From the NCBI RefSeq assembly GCF_902459465.1, contig NC_047067.1:20150001-20214000 (forward strand): DNA of 64,000 nt, in the 5' to 3' direction. Position numbers and translations under genes: made by a program. Source of the stretch: Asterias rubens (Eukaryota). Of the stretch, positions 63,088-64,000 are shown one piece after another; position 1 is the stretch's first letter, and every line of letters begins with the position of its first letter. The notes below the pieces were generated by a model. That model did not search any database. It was not told the origin of the DNA and worked only from the letters and a program-made list of their open reading frames with translations.

Positions 63088-64000
63088 CCCTGTCTTTATT
63101 AATTAATGGTGTCTTCCTCACAACGGCTGATACTAAGTCCTCCATCGCTCCCAGACCGTAAACACTCACTGGTCCCTCAAGGCAGCTTAGCGTAAGCTCA
63201 CGCATCATGATCGACACATCAGTCTCCGCCTCCTGCATGTCTTCAGGAACTTCTGTCTTCACCTTGGCGTCAACGGTGGCAGAAGCAGGATTAACAATGA
63301 ACTGACTGGTAGAGGAAGTCGCAAAGTCTTTCGGGGGACTGGTGATCGGTTCCTGCTTAATGAAAATTCTGGGCAGCGGTGGAGCCAGAACAGGTATGGC
63401 AACTTTTGTAACTGGATGCCCTACAGTGTAAACTGTTTGTGCTTTAATTGTTGATGGTGTATCAACTTCCTTTGAAGAAATGTCGGGTATTATAGTTTTC
63501 TGGGAGGAACTTTCTTTCACCAACACAACCTCCTGAGTGCCATCTACAGTCGACACAATTTGAGATTCACTTATCTCTTTAGTGACTGAGCTGGGGTTAA
63601 TTGGTTTCACACTAGATTCAGATCTCACAAGCTCCTGCATTGCAGTTTCAGCCGGCTTGGTAACCGTTTCGGGAGCAGTCGCAACTGCCGATCCATCTGT
63701 CTGTCCAACTTTACTGCTACCTGAAATCTGTACCACAGGAACAGTACCCATTTGTGTTGCAGCTGTTCCACTCACAGACCTTGTTGCTGCGACACTTGTA
63801 GGAGACGATAGGGAAAGCTTGACCTGAACTTGACCTGGAGTGATGACCTTTGCACCCTGACCTTGAATGATAAATTTGGGCGCCTGACCAGATCCAACTG
63901 GCTGTCGGATGGCGGTCACTGTCTGGATTGGTTTCCCTGGGAGTTTGGAAATGGAAGAGGGTTGAGTGTGCAGAACCAGAGTCTGTCCTTGATGGAGAGA
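63088..64000 (-). CDS. YEATS2: YEATS2, large low-complexity exon (5'-truncated by window edge)
   Basis: Frame open from 64000; S/T/V/P-rich, ending ...AMEDLVSAVVRKTPLINKDR at donor G|GTAAGA (phase 1). Confidence 0.85.

Noticed and set aside
63582-63827. Plus-strand ORF; likewise the minus-strand ORFs 54064-54354, 54366-54587 and 56347-56625
   Set aside because: Antisense shadows of real coding exons.

Overview
AT-rich (roughly 37% GC, estimated by eye) eukaryotic genomic DNA from an invertebrate deuterostome. The repeat families resemble those I recall from sea-star (Asterias-type) assemblies; this is an inference. Three intron-containing genes are supported. (1) The 5' end of a DUSP8/DUSP16-type MAP-kinase phosphatase on the minus strand: promoter near 20.6 kb and a rhodanese/KIM coding exon at 17605-17865. 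I found no further convincing exon down to base 1. (2) A complete 343-aa bacterial-type YitH/HolE-like GNAT acyltransferase on the plus strand (54066-56671, three coding exons) with a mitochondrial-presequence-like N-terminus. (3) The 3' part of YEATS2 on the minus strand (seven exons, 57842-64000, running off the window), tail-to-tail with the GNAT gene. The ~33 kb between the DUSP and GNAT promoters holds no recognisable gene. It contains TTAA-flanked Kolobok-like MITEs, other hairpin MITEs, tRNA-derived SINEs, minisatellites, two weak orphan spliced-ORF candidates, and (with the DUSP intron) an apparent excess of AP-1 sites. No CRISPR array, rRNA, true tRNA or autonomous transposon was seen. 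Most entries of the ORF track are repeat-derived or antisense artefacts.
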